A DNA stretch of 64,000 nt from an uncultured Gemmatimonadales bacterium. GTDB taxonomy: Bacteria > Gemmatimonadota > Gemmatimonadetes > Longimicrobiales > RSA9. The number at the start of each line of letters is the position of its first letter. Within the stretch, counting starts at the first letter, position 1. Positions 1 to 10,415 of the stretch are shown piece after piece. The stretch spans positions 320,001 through 384,000 of the forward strand of contig CAWCRS010000003.1 in assembly GCA_963798085.1 (NCBI GenBank), in the 5' to 3' direction. The notes below the pieces were generated by a model, which was given only the letters and a program-made list of their open reading frames with translations, had not been told where the DNA came from and did not search any database. Both the position numbers and the translations under genes were made by a program.

Positions 1-960
1 TCCAGGTTCAGACGCAGGTCGGCGATCCGGTCCTCGACGGTGTGGTTCAACTCGCGAAGCGTGTTCGCGCCCAGCACGCCATCCTCGTCGATGGCATTGC
101 GGCTCTGGAAGTGCGCGAGAGAGGCGAGCAGGCTGTCGTCGAAGATGCCCGGCTTCGCGTCACCGTAGCGAGCGAGCCGGGACTCGCTGGTGTCATCCGC
201 CAGCCGCAGCCGCTCGCGCAGCCCGATCGGCGTCGCTCCCCCGGCGCGCCTCAATCGAATCGGGTGCTTGGGCGCCGGCACGTTCGGCCAGCCACCGCGC
301 GCCCCGACTTCCCGGTAGCTCGCCAGCGCCTTCATGAGCCGGCCGTAGTACGGCACGGCGGGCCGCAGACGAGCGATGACCTGATCGACGGGCTCGGTGC
401 GAGCGGCCTTGAGCACGTCCTCCTCGAGGGTTGTGTCGCGTGGGATGCGCCAGTCCAGCCCGCCCTGCGTCGGATCGACCGTGCCCTGAACCAGGTCACG
501 GGTGTAGCGGCTGAAGCCCTCGCTGAGGACTAGATCCAGCTCTCCCAGCAGGTCCGCCCGCTGCGCGTCGCTGAGCGTCGTCGAATCGAGACGCGCGACC
601 ATCGCGCTGGCCATGTTCCAGCCGTACGAGCCAGGGTCCAGGCCGTCGTCGCGTGCGCGGCCGATCGCAGCGAAGAGTTGCTCACCCTGCGGCAGCAGCC
701 GCTGCCCGTCCGTCCATGCGCTGCGGTACACGCGCTTGCGGTAGAACGCCTTCGTCGCCGCGCTCACGTGCAGCGTGTCGGCGTCCGAGAGTCGCACGAT
801 CGAATCACGCGGTACGCTCGCCAGCAGCGCCGTGACGCGCTGCAGTATGCCTCGCTCGATGCTCAGGCTCGCCCTGGCCCTGGCCAGCGTCGCACGCCGC
901 GAAGCTCAGACTGAAGGCGAGGACCAGGGCACCACCCGCGCCGGTTGCGCCCCGTGGTCG
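1..960 (-). CDS. L,D-transpeptidase (YcbB/LdtD-like) N-terminal part; runs off the window; probable frameshift near 880
   Basis: Manual minus-strand translation gives ...AFYRKRVYRSAW...DDGLDPGSY...GGWPNVP...LAHFQSRNAIDEDGVLGANTLRELN...RIADLRLNL, matching YcbB scaffold plus PG-binding domain. A lipobox-like FSLSFAAC lies in the adjacent frame at ~890-930. Start uncertain. Confidence 0.75.
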
Positions 961-1251
961 CCTCAGTTGCCCCTCAGCGTGAAGTTGAGACGGTCACAAC
1001 AACTCATGTGGGCGATGTTCAGCCCGCCTCCTGCGTACAACCAATCGACCGACATGGATTCCCCTCGGCGGTATGCTCATCATGCGGGATTGCATGGCTG
1101 TTCATGAAACATCGGTGAATGTCCTCGCGGCCACCATCGCTCATCGGGGCTAGTTGTGAAGCCACCCTTCGATGGATGGGTGGCGGTGGCGCCATTTTCG
1201 TCGTGTAGGATCGGCAGGCCGGAGGCTCAGGCGGCCTCGGGACGGCGGACG

Positions 1252-2883
1252 TCAACGGTTCGTTTCCGTCGATCCGCTCGTGCCGTGGTGCGCTTCGAAG
1301 AACTGAGCCCGTGACGTCCAGCGGAGCGGGCCGTAGGACATGAAGTCGTGGGCGCGCCGGGTGTCCGGCAACTGGCAGGTGTATTCCCAGCGCGTGATGT
1401 TCATCCGCTGTACGAGTGTCGTGACGGGTGAGACGCGGTCGAGTCGGCCGATCGGACACGGATCGTACAGGGTCAGCGACCAGCCGGTGGACGTCTGAAC
1501 GATGTCGATGCCCACGCCGCCGCGATCGCCGGCAATGCCACTGACCATATCGCCTTCCGGCCAGGCCCCGATCACTCCGTGTGCATAGGGTGCCGGCTTC
1601 CAGCAGTCGGCATCGATTCGGCCGCGTGAGATCGTCCCGATCAGCGACGGCACGTCGCAGCCACCCGCCTCGCCGTGATCGTTCGATACGTGCCGCCGGT
1701 CAAACGCCGCGTGATAAAACTCGTGAGTCACCGACACGATCCGGTCCAGGTCGAGCCGATCGTCGCCGCCGAACTCCGGCATGCGCGCGAGGGCCACGCC
1801 GCCCGAGCGGTTCTGCGTCAGCGGCGTTGCCGGCAACCACGCGCCCAGGTTCGAGCACGCGGCGCCATCGGTCATCAACAGGGGCGCGCCTGATGGCGTG
1901 AGCGCGAGAAGCGGCCGGTCAGGATCCAGGCCGTAAGTCTGCAGTAATTGCAGCCACAGCGTCTGACACTGGCTCAGCACGCGCCGGGAAATCGTGAAGA
2001 AGAGGAACTTCACGCGAAACGTCCGATACTCGCCATCGAAAGCGAATGTGGTGTCAGAAACGATGCCGATCCGACTGTACGGCGTCATGCGCAGCATGGC
2101 GTGCAACACACTGTCGGCGAGCACGCGCGCGGGCGCAGGCCCGTCAGGTGTCTGGACGCGGATCAGGCGAACCTGCAGGGTTCGCTGCGGCTGCACATTG
2201 TCGATCGTCACGGTGAATTGATTGTCACCCGGCTCGGTCTCCTGCCATCCTGCCGATACCGGCGGTTCGACCCGGGCGGCGATCATGAATGGACCCGTGA
2301 GCGACGCCGTCGCTTCCGCCGGTACGACGAAATTCAGGGAACCGCTCCAGTCGGCGCGGACATCGAGCAGATCAATGTCGTAGTCGCTTCGTACAGGCAG
2401 TCGCTGCCGGCCTAACGACGGCCACACTGCGATGGTGGCCATGCAGACGGTGGCCGATCCCTGCGCCACAAGGCATGCCGACGATGCGACGGGCTCGAGT
2501 ACGAGCGAATCCCCCTGCGCGTAGACGACGAGTCGACCGGTAGCGGGAACGCCAGTCGTGTCGTTCGATGCCGCGGCTCGGCCGATGTAAACCCGGACGA
2601 CTGCCGGCTTGCCCGCGAAGAACGGCGAGGAGTCCTGGACAGCCGATCCGGGAAGACCTGGCGCGAGACCTGGGTCGGTCAGGACGCGGTCCTGAAAGCC
2701 CTGACTTACCTCGACACCCAGCACACGGAGATCCACGCTTCGGGCCATCCCCGCCGGCGTGCCGACGGGCGATTGACGCGCGAAGGCGGACGCCACGGTC
2801 AGAGCGAACGCGCCTGCCGTGCAGGTGATCACGCGACACAGGAACGTCCTCACCATCCGCGCGCAGGAGTCGGAGGCCGCCAC
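1252..2883 (-). CDS. Secreted protein with putative zinc-metalloprotease domain
   Basis: 543-aa ORF; signal-like N-terminus (AFALTVASAFA); HEFYHAAFDRRH followed by HDFMSYG (Met-turn-like). True start may be MVRTF at ~2856. Confidence 0.6.
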   Translation of the reverse strand: MAASDSCARMVRTFLCRVITCTAGAFALTVASAFARQSPVGTPAGMARSVDLRVLGVEVSQGFQDRVLTDPGLAPGLPGSAVQDSSPFFAGKPAVVRVYIGRAAASNDTTGVPATGRLVVYAQGDSLVLEPVASSACLVAQGSATVCMATIAVWPSLGRQRLPVRSDYDIDLLDVRADWSGSLNFVVPAEATASLTGPFMIAARVEPPVSAGWQETEPGDNQFTVTIDNVQPQRTLQVRLIRVQTPDGPAPARVLADSVLHAMLRMTPYSRIGIVSDTTFAFDGEYRTFRVKFLFFTISRRVLSQCQTLWLQLLQTYGLDPDRPLLALTPSGAPLLMTDGAACSNLGAWLPATPLTQNRSGGVALARMPEFGGDDRLDLDRIVSVTHEFYHAAFDRRHVSNDHGEAGGCDVPSLIGTISRGRIDADCWKPAPYAHGVIGAWPEGDMVSGIAGDRGGVGIDIVQTSTGWSLTLYDPCPIGRLDRVSPVTTLVQRMNITRWEYTCQLPDTRRAHDFMSYGPLRWTSRAQFFEAHHGTSGSTETNR

Positions 2884-3001
2884 CGCGATCGATCGCTCGA
2901 CGGCGCCTTCAGCGCTCGCGATGGAATCGGTTCGGTGAGCCGTCTGCGGCCGCGATCATGCGAGCGGCTCCGAGCGACATGACCGGCCAGCTGCGAACGG
3001 C

Positions 3002-3154
3002 TCATGCGGCGCTTCGACGACCTCCAATGAAATGCCACAGGATGGAGATGACCGCGAGGAGCAGCAGGAGATGAATCAGGCCGCCCGCCACATGGAAAAC
3101 GCTGAATCCGAGAAGCCAGGCTACAACCAGAACGACTGCCAGCGTGACAAACAT
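3002..3154 (-). CDS. Small membrane protein, lmo0937/DUF5670-like (50 aa)
   Basis: MFVTLAVVLVVAWLLGFSVFHVAGGLIHLLLLLAVISILWHFIGGRRSAA; GGAGG RBS upstream of ATG. Confidence 0.85.
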   Translation of the reverse strand: MFVTLAVVLVVAWLLGFSVFHVAGGLIHLLLLLAVISILWHFIGGRRSAA

Positions 3155-3484
3155 TGTTGCCTCCGTTGAGGATGGTGAGGTAACTCCGGACTGTCGCACC
3201 GGGGGCGAGACAAACCTCAGGCGACGACCAACTCCGAGTGTGGACTGGCGCGACGCGGAAGTCCGCTGCCAGCCCCGGCGAGCGCAGCGCGGATGCGAGA
3301 TCGCTGCATCACGGCTGCACAACGTTGCAACGTCGGTATTGCTCAGCCTGCCGAACCTACCGGCAAGCCCTGGTGGTGGGGAATCGATCCTACGGCTGGA
3401 TCGGGGCCTAGCTCGGAAGAACTACACGAAAAGCCGAGCCCCGCCGCAGCTACAAGCCACGACGGGGCAGTGATTTCGAACAAG

Positions 3485-3558
<74 letters not shown>

Positions 3559-3657
3559 GCAAACATCAACTGCGTTGCTCGGGCTCACAGCTGGGGCTGG
3601 TTGCATCGGGAACGACGTCGTTCGTCCGCGCTTGACTCCGCGCCCGCCTCTGTGCCA

Positions 3658-3730
3658 TACCCCCACGGGGAATCGAACCCCGGTTTTCTGGCTGAGAACC
3701 GAATGTCCTGGGCCACTAGACGATGGGGGC
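3658..3730 (-). tRNA. tRNA-Glu(CTC)
   Basis: Reverse complement GCCCCCATCGTCTAGTGGCCCAGGACATTCGGTTCTCAGCCAGAAAACCGGGGTTCGATTCCCCGTGGGGGTA; anticodon CTC; T-loop GTTCGA. Confidence 0.9.
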
Positions 3731-3746
3731 CGTTTCGCCTTTCATT

Positions 3747-3971
3747 GCGAGCCCGACGCCCGGAGGCGGCGGGCCTTTCCCCAGCAAGCGAAACCCACGC
3801 CCACTGGCGCCACCTCCCTGGTCCGCACGCGAGCCCGACGCCCGGAGGCGGCGGGCCTTGCCCCAGCAAGCGAAACCCACGCCCACTGGCGCCACCTCCC
3901 TGGTCCGCCTGCGAGCCCGACGCCCGGAGGCGACGGGCCCCTCACAGCGAGCGAACCCACTCTCACTGGCG
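3747..3971. repeat. 82-bp tandem repeat (~2.7 copies), each unit with a GC hairpin
   Basis: GCGAGCCCGACGCCCGGAGGCG starts at 3747, 3829 and 3911. Confidence 0.9.
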
Positions 3972-4040
3972 TAAACCCCGCTCGCTTACCGGACCCGCAA
4001 ATATACCCGGGCACCTGACCCGGTCAACCCCGCGAGCCGC

Positions 4041-4481
4041 TCAGTTGTTGTAGTGGAAGGCGTACTCGAGTGACGCGTTCTTCATGGTGGCGCGCTGGCT
4101 GTACACTTCGTCCTTGGCGTCCAGCAGCACGCGCATTCGGATGGTGGCAATGCTCGTGGAGTCGCTGTTCTGCAGGCGGACGAGCACGCGCTCGTCGCTG
4201 CCCAGTGGGTACGTCTTGTTGATGGGAACAGGCAGCAGGAACGTGTCGGCAACCACGGGCAGGTTGATGTCGTTTCCGTCTGTGCCCACAATGCTGGTGA
4301 ACTTGTTGGACAGGATGAGCATCATCGGCACCGGGCTGTCGCCGGTGACGAGGATTTGCGCGTTGCTCGCATTCTTGCTCGAGCCGCCCAGCAGGCTGTC
4401 GCATCCGGCGAAGGCGAGGGCTACAATGACACACGCCATGGCTGCGGACCGATGTCCGGCCCGGAGTTTTCTGGGCAGCAT
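4041..4481 (-). CDS. Hypothetical lipoprotein (~146 aa)
   Basis: Lipobox LAFAGC; GGAG RBS before ATG at 4481. Confidence 0.75.
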   Translation of the reverse strand: MLPRKLRAGHRSAAMACVIVALAFAGCDSLLGGSSKNASNAQILVTGDSPVPMMLILSNKFTSIVGTDGNDINLPVVADTFLLPVPINKTYPLGSDERVLVRLQNSDSTSIATIRMRVLLDAKDEVYSQRATMKNASLEYAFHYNN

Positions 4482-4505
4482 GGTGGTCTCCGTTGCTCGA
4501 ATCGA

Positions 4506-5702
4506 ATGACTTGCGATCCCCTGCAAATACTGCGGCACGCCTGTCTGCTGCTACCCCTTGCCGCGTCTCTCGGCTTCGGGTGTTCGGCTGCACCGCCACC
4601 GCCACCGCGCATTGGTGAACCGCTCGCGGGCCTGAGCAAAGCCGAGCGCGGTCGGTTCGATGTCGGACTCGCGCTGTTCGGTCGCGTCTACACGCCGGCG
4701 GACGGACTCGGTCCGCTCTTCAACGAAAATCAATGCAGTGCCTGCCACACGGAGCCCGCGTCCGGAGGAACGGGCGAACAGGGCGTATTACGGACAACGC
4801 GCTTTACGCCGCCGGATCGCTGCGACCGACTCGTTGCCGAGGGCGGCCAGAACATACAGCGGAATGCGACGCCTCTGCTTCGCGCTCTCGGTGTCATGAA
4901 GCGGACCGAGCCCGCCGACCGCACCGAGCGCGGGTTTACGCGTGTGCCGTTCCTGTTCGGACTGGGCCTGGTCGAAGCGATTCCCGATGATGCGATTCTG
5001 GCGCGTGCCGACCCGGACGACAAGGATGGGGATGGCATTTCCGGGCGGGCGGGCCGCGATGCGGAGGGTCACCTCGCGCGCTTCGGACGCAAGAGTGAGA
5101 ACCCGACGATCGAAAGCTTCATTGCCGGCGCGCTTCTCTTCGAGATGGGACTCACTTCGCCCATCAACCCGCAGGAAGTGCTGCTGGATGGCAAGCCGCT
5201 GCCGGACGGTGTCGATCCCGCGCCGGATCCCGAGGTCGACAGTACGTCGCTTCATCGCTTGACGGATTTCGTGCGCTTCCTGGCGCCTGCTGCGCCGCGG
5301 CCTGCGCAGGACGCGGCAGAGTCGGCGCTGATCGATCGGGGTCAGAAGCTGTTCAGCCAGATCGGCTGTGCGGCCTGCCATACGCCGTCGATGCGCACGG
5401 GGCGGAACGCCAGCCGCGTGCTGGATCGCAAGACGGTAACGCTGTATTCGGATCTGCTGCTGCACGACATGGGGCCGGAGCTGGCCGGGTTCTGCGGCAT
5501 TGCCGCCTCGCCTGCGGAATGGCGCACCGAACCGCTCATGGGCCTGCGCTACCGCAAGGAATTCCTGCACGATGGCCGGGCGGGTGATCTCTTCGAGGCC
5601 ATCCGCATGCACGGCGGTGAGGCAGCGCGCGCTCGCGATGCGTTCCAGGGTCTGGACCGGCTGACGCAGGAAGCCCTGATCCGTTTTCTCTCCACGCGCT
5701 GA
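4506..5702 (+). CDS. Di-heme oxidoreductase (DHOR-type) lipoprotein
   Basis: Two CxxCH motifs (CSACH, CAACH); GLGPLFN, DPDDKDGDGISGR, YSDLLLHDMG, FLHDGRA, HGGEA; lipobox LGFGC. Confidence 0.85.
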   Translation: MTCDPLQILRHACLLLPLAASLGFGCSAAPPPPPRIGEPLAGLSKAERGRFDVGLALFGRVYTPADGLGPLFNENQCSACHTEPASGGTGEQGVLRTTRFTPPDRCDRLVAEGGQNIQRNATPLLRALGVMKRTEPADRTERGFTRVPFLFGLGLVEAIPDDAILARADPDDKDGDGISGRAGRDAEGHLARFGRKSENPTIESFIAGALLFEMGLTSPINPQEVLLDGKPLPDGVDPAPDPEVDSTSLHRLTDFVRFLAPAAPRPAQDAAESALIDRGQKLFSQIGCAACHTPSMRTGRNASRVLDRKTVTLYSDLLLHDMGPELAGFCGIAASPAEWRTEPLMGLRYRKEFLHDGRAGDLFEAIRMHGGEAARARDAFQGLDRLTQEALIRFLSTR

Positions 5703-5707
5703 TGCAG

Positions 5708-5752
5708 GAAGCCGGATAACAGGCTGCCAGGAACAGCCTGCCATCCGGCTTC
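5708..5752. terminator. Stem-loop between convergent DHOR and susD genes
   Basis: GAAGCCGGAT/ATCCGGCTTC outer arm and CAGGCTG/CAGCCTG inner arm. Confidence 0.5.
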
Positions 5753-5839
5753 ACTTGAGACGCAGCACAGCTGCTCAGTCTTGCGGAAGCCCGCCTTCCC
5801 TCACAGTGCCCGCGCCCCGGACCGCATCAATCGCTCGCC

Positions 5840-7231
5840 TCAGGACGTGCGCTTGATGTTGGGATTGCCCACGTATTCCGTGCTGGGCAGCGGGTAGCAC
5901 GTGGCTGTGCCATAGGGCCCCCACTCCGCATTGGGATGGATACCGGTGGGGAAGAAATCGCCCCCGCCATCCGCTGCGGTCTGCGCCATCCAGCGTCGCA
6001 GATCACCGAGACGGAAGCCACCCAGGTACATATCGCGGCCGCGCTGCTCGTGCAGCTCCAGCATGAGTTCGCGACCGGAAAGGTTGACGGGCGCCTGGTT
6101 GCCGTACGCGCGGCGCGCGTTCACGAAGTCGAGCGTCGAGCCCAGTGGTCCCGTGCCGGACGGACCGGCGGCCTCGTAGTAGTCCTGCATGGCTTCCAGG
6201 TACGAGGCGAGCTTGATGTCGGTGTCCTGTTCGTACAGGATGGGCTTGCCGCCCGTCGCAATGGTCTGACCGTTGTAGCCGCTGTAGGGCAGCGACTGGT
6301 AGGGCTTGTACAGCTTGGTCAGCGCATTGTGGCCGAACGACCAGTCCACGGTGTGCTGGATGCGGGGGTCGGTCTGTGTGTCGACCAGATCATCGGCGTC
6401 ACCGGTCTTGCCGTCCTGTTCGCCGTAACGCCGTTCAGGAAGTGCGGGTGCACACCTAACGCGTGGTTGGCGCCGGTCGACGCGCGCTTGCAGCATGTTG
6501 TTGACGACCTGGTCCTTGTACTCGACCCACCAGACGAAGCTGGCCGGCACCTGCTGCGCCGTGGCCATGACCTTGGCGTTGTCGCCGGCCAGCAGTGCCG
6601 CGCGGGCGAGCCCGACTCGTGCGAGATTGGCCATGTCGGCGGCTGACGAGCCCACCGCATTGGCGACCGTGATGGCCTCCTCGAACTTCGGAATCGCCAG
6701 CTGCGCCAGCTCCTTGGGCGAGTAGATCTTGGCGCCCACGTTGATCGTCGCCTCGCACATGACCTCCGCCATGAGCGTGTACGAATAGCCGGCGTGGGCC
6801 AGCACCAGCGCCATGCGGCGATCCTTGGCGGGATTCTTGAGCAGCGTACGGAACCGTCCCGCAATGCTGTCGGCCAGGGAGCGGTAGCGACTGGTGGCGC
6901 TGAACATGCCGTCGGCATCGCCTTCGTTGTACTGCACGATGCGCAGATTCAGGCGTGCCGTCTGCTCCCAGTTGATGCCCGTCACCTGCTCATCCGTGAA
7001 CATGCTGCCACGCCAGATGAACGGATCCGAGTACATGTTGGTGAGCGCGCCGATCACGCTGTTGGTCATGACATTGACGAGGCTCTCGTCATTGAGCTGG
7101 CTCTCATCGATCGCGGCCGGGTTGTCGGCCTCGAGCAGCTTGTCCACGGCGTTGCAGCCGGGAAGCAGCAGCAGTGCGCCCGCCGTCAGGATTCCCATCC
7201 CATGGCGAAGCGATTCGATCCGGATACTCAT
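5840..7231 (-). CDS. RagB/SusD-family outer-membrane lipoprotein (copy 1); two compensating frameshifts at ~6425-6485
   Basis: Lipobox LLPGC; C-terminal RDMYLGGFRLGDLRR...PLPSTEYVGNPN; directly downstream of SusC. TGANHALGVHPHFLNG, which matches copy 2, lies in an alternate frame. Confidence 0.9.
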   Translation of the reverse strand: MSIRIESLRHGMGILTAGALLLLPGCNAVDKLLEADNPAAIDESQLNDESLVNVMTNSVIGALTNMYSDPFIWRGSMFTDEQVTGINWEQTARLNLRIVQYNEGDADGMFSATSRYRSLADSIAGRFRTLLKNPAKDRRMALVLAHAGYSYTLMAEVMCEATINVGAKIYSPKELAQLAIPKFEEAITVANAVGSSAADMANLARVGLARAALLAGDNAKVMATAQQVPASFVWWVEYKDQVVNNMLQARVDRRQPRVRCAPALPERRYGEQDGKTGDADDLVDTQTDPRIQHTVDWSFGHNALTKLYKPYQSLPYSGYNGQTIATGGKPILYEQDTDIKLASYLEAMQDYYEAAGPSGTGPLGSTLDFVNARRAYGNQAPVNLSGRELMLELHEQRGRDMYLGGFRLGDLRRWMAQTAADGGGDFFPTGIHPNAEWGPYGTATCYPLPSTEYVGNPNIKRTS

Positions 7232-7274
7232 GGTTGTCTCCTTTCGTTTTTCCGAATTCGCGGGATTCGCCATA

Positions 7275-10200
7275 TCAGAAGTTGAACGCCATGGAGATGA
7301 GCCACCGTCGCAGCTGCGGGATGGAGGCGTAATCGGACGTTGTGAACTCGGCCGTGCTGGTGAAGGCGACTTCCGGATCCGCACTGCCCTTGTACTTCGT
7401 GGCCAGCCAGAGATTGCGGCCGGAGACCGTGAGCGCGGCGCGGCTGAAGCCGTACCGTGACACCCAGCGGCGAGGCAGTGTGTACGTCAGAGACAGCTCG
7501 CGCAGCTTGATGAAATCCGCCGGATAGATGAACTCCTTCGTCTGCAGCGATAGCAGCCGGGCCTTCTCTACCGGGTCGAGGTTGGGATCGTTGATCTGCT
7601 GCGTGTTCTGGTCGATGCGCGTGCGCACGGAGCAGAGCGCGCACCACTGGTAGTGGCCGCCCTGGTAGTCGAGGAAGGCGTAGAGCCGCAGAGCGCCCAG
7701 GAGGCTGAAGGTGTTGGTGAGCCCGATCTGGCGGGTGGGCAGCTGCGGCCCCACGAACGTTTCGTTGCAGTTTTCCGGATGCTGCACATCCCACACGCAG
7801 GACACGGGTGTGGCCTGACCCGCCGAGTTGAGGATGGGCTGCCCGTTGGCATCACGCTGGACGTCCGTGGCCCAGTAGCCGCCCATTGGATAGCCCTCAC
7901 GGTGACGCTGCACGCTCGCGAACTCGCCGAAGGCGATCTCGTTGAGCGTGGGATTGCCCTGCGCATCAGTGCCGAAACTGACCAGCTTGTTGTGGTTGGA
8001 CGCGAAGGTTGCGACCACATCCCACTGCAGACTGGGACTGCGCAGCGGGGACGCATCGACGGAAAGCTCGACACCGTGATTGTTGATCTCGCCGACATTG
8101 ATGAGGTGCGTGCCGCTGAAGCCCGATGAGCGCGGGTCGGACACGCCAATGAGCGCATCTTTCGTCGACTTGTTGTAATAGGTGAACTCCGTGCCGATAC
8201 GGCCACCGAAGAGAGACGCGTCGTAGCCCACTTCGATCTCCTGCCCGGTCTCTGCCTTCAGGTTGGGATTGCCGTACGCGGAAGGCCGGACCGTGTTGAC
8301 AGCGGCATCCCCGACCACCGAGCGGTCGGAGCGGTACGTGCGGTCGGCGGAGAAGGGCGCGGGCGCGTTGCCGGCCTGCCCCCAGGCGCCGCGCAGCTTC
8401 AGCTCGTTGATCCAGGGTACGTGGAAGAAGCTCTCCTCGGAGATCACGTAGGAGAGCGAAGCCTTCGGGTAGACCACCAGCGAGAAGTCCTTGCCGAACG
8501 CCGAGTTGTCATCCACGCGCACGGCCGCCGTACCGAACAGGCGGTCCTTCCAGCCCAGCTGCTCCTGCACGAAGAAGCCGAGCGATGTCTGCTCCGAGAA
8601 GCTCTGACTGGAAGAGCGGCTCGCCGCAGCGCTGACCAGGTTCAGGCTGTTGGAAACCAGGCCCTGCCCGGAAATGCCGACGTCGGAAGAACGCCGCTTC
8701 ACCAGCTGCATGCCGGTAGAGAAGGTGGACGTGTAGCTCTGCGACAGGTTCGCCGTGGCCGTTCCGGTGTAGTCCACCGTCCACAGATACTGCAGCGGAT
8801 AATCGATCGACACATTGCCGGCGGCGGCATTGGAGCCGAAGGGCGCGAGGCCGGTGTTGTCGATCTGGTTGAACACGCGGTTGCTGCGGTCGTTGCGGTC
8901 CAGGCCCACGACCAGACGGTTCTGGAACCAGCGGAAAGGATTGTAATTCGTTGTTATTCCGAGCGTGAGCCGCTCCGCCTTCACATCACGGTCGTACTTG
9001 TTGCTCAGCTCGGGAATGAAGTTGCGGTAGCCGGGCAGGAACTGGTCGTTGGTGGCGCCGGCCCGCGCGCGGTAGGAGTTGCGCAGAATGCTGTTGGACG
9101 AGTTGTCGGACTGCGGAATGCGCTGGTCCAGCAGCGCGTAGCCCACGTTCACCGAGAAGTTCAGCTGCTGCGAGGGTACGAACCCGAAGTTGGCCCGCCC
9201 CGCCGTGCGCCGGTTGATGTTGTTGTAGAACGTGCCCTGCTCGTCCGCCTTTTCGCCCGAGATGTAGAAGTTGTAGTTCTGACCGCCGCCGCGGACGGAC
9301 ATGTTGCCGTTCCACATGTCGCCTACGCGAATGGGATTGGGCTGACAGGGCGTCTGCTGCGGGAACAGGCAGGCGAAGCGGTCGGTCGGCAGGCCCTTGG
9401 CTTCCAGCTGCTTGTACACGCCGGGTGAGCGGTTGCCCATGTCGAACGGGTGATCGACGAGAATGCGCTGGTCCAGCGCCATGCTCTTGTCGAACACCTG
9501 GCAGCCCGGGTAGGTCGTCGGGTTGTCAATGTTCGCGTCCGTGCACAGCCAGTACGTCGTGGGCTGATCGAGATTCCAGTCCACCTGGCCATACTCCATG
9601 TTAGTCGTCCACTGGAGTCCTTGCGATGGGCGACCCTTCTTGGTGATGATCTGGAGCACACCGGCCGCCGCTTCCGCACCGTACAACGTCGCGGCCGCCG
9701 GTCCCTTGATCACCTCGATCGACTCAATGTCTGCCGGGTTGATGGTCTCCAGCAGACTGATGCCCTGCGCCGTGTTGCCCGACGTCGTGGCCGTGCCGGA
9801 CTGCACGCGAATGCCGTCCACGTAGACCACCGGCTCGTTGCCCGCGTTCAGCGAGCTGGCGCCACGAATACGAATGCGCGAGCTGCCACCTACCACACCG
9901 GTGGAGGCGAGCATGGTGACGCCTGCGGTACGGCCCTGGATCAGCTGCTGCACATTGTCGATGGGAACAGCCTCGGTGATCTCGGCGGCCTTGATTGATG
10001 ACACACTGTTACCAATCGCCCGCTTGGCCGTGCGGCCCGCGGTGCCCGTGACCACGATCTCGTCCAGGCCGATCGCCGACTGTTGCAGCTGGAAATTGAC
10101 CACCGTCGTCTGGCCGGCGGCCACAGTGACGGACCGCTCGATGGTCTTGAAGCCGATGGACTCGACGCGCACGGTAGCAGGACCCGTGGGCACACCCTCG

Positions 10201-10415
10201 ATCGTGAACGTGCCGTTCGCGTCTGTCAGTCCGCCGTGGTTGCTGCCCTTGATGGAGACCTGGGTTGCCACCAGCGGCTGGCCCGTGCCCGTCTCGGTTA
10301 CGGTGCCACGGACCGTTCCTGTCGACTGTGCCGCCACCGGCCCGGGTCTCGCAAACGCCGCAACGAGCCCGATGGCAACGGCGCCAGCCGTGCTGCGGGT
10401 GAGAACGCGCAACAT
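7275..10415 (-). CDS. SusC/RagA-family TonB-dependent transporter (copy 1)
   Basis: Carboxypeptidase-like N-domain, LDEIVVTG, plug INPADIESIEVIKGPAAATLYG, GNPNLKAE, terminal Phe; GGAGG RBS. Confidence 0.95.
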   Translation of the reverse strand: MLRVLTRSTAGAVAIGLVAAFARPGPVAAQSTGTVRGTVTETGTGQPLVATQVSIKGSNHGGLTDANGTFTIEGVPTGPATVRVESIGFKTIERSVTVAAGQTTVVNFQLQQSAIGLDEIVVTGTAGRTAKRAIGNSVSSIKAAEITEAVPIDNVQQLIQGRTAGVTMLASTGVVGGSSRIRIRGASSLNAGNEPVVYVDGIRVQSGTATTSGNTAQGISLLETINPADIESIEVIKGPAAATLYGAEAAAGVLQIITKKGRPSQGLQWTTNMEYGQVDWNLDQPTTYWLCTDANIDNPTTYPGCQVFDKSMALDQRILVDHPFDMGNRSPGVYKQLEAKGLPTDRFACLFPQQTPCQPNPIRVGDMWNGNMSVRGGGQNYNFYISGEKADEQGTFYNNINRRTAGRANFGFVPSQQLNFSVNVGYALLDQRIPQSDNSSNSILRNSYRARAGATNDQFLPGYRNFIPELSNKYDRDVKAERLTLGITTNYNPFRWFQNRLVVGLDRNDRSNRVFNQIDNTGLAPFGSNAAAGNVSIDYPLQYLWTVDYTGTATANLSQSYTSTFSTGMQLVKRRSSDVGISGQGLVSNSLNLVSAAASRSSSQSFSEQTSLGFFVQEQLGWKDRLFGTAAVRVDDNSAFGKDFSLVVYPKASLSYVISEESFFHVPWINELKLRGAWGQAGNAPAPFSADRTYRSDRSVVGDAAVNTVRPSAYGNPNLKAETGQEIEVGYDASLFGGRIGTEFTYYNKSTKDALIGVSDPRSSGFSGTHLINVGEINNHGVELSVDASPLRSPSLQWDVVATFASNHNKLVSFGTDAQGNPTLNEIAFGEFASVQRHREGYPMGGYWATDVQRDANGQPILNSAGQATPVSCVWDVQHPENCNETFVGPQLPTRQIGLTNTFSLLGALRLYAFLDYQGGHYQWCALCSVRTRIDQNTQQINDPNLDPVEKARLLSLQTKEFIYPADFIKLRELSLTYTLPRRWVSRYGFSRAALTVSGRNLWLATKYKGSADPEVAFTSTAEFTTSDYASIPQLRRWLISMAFNF

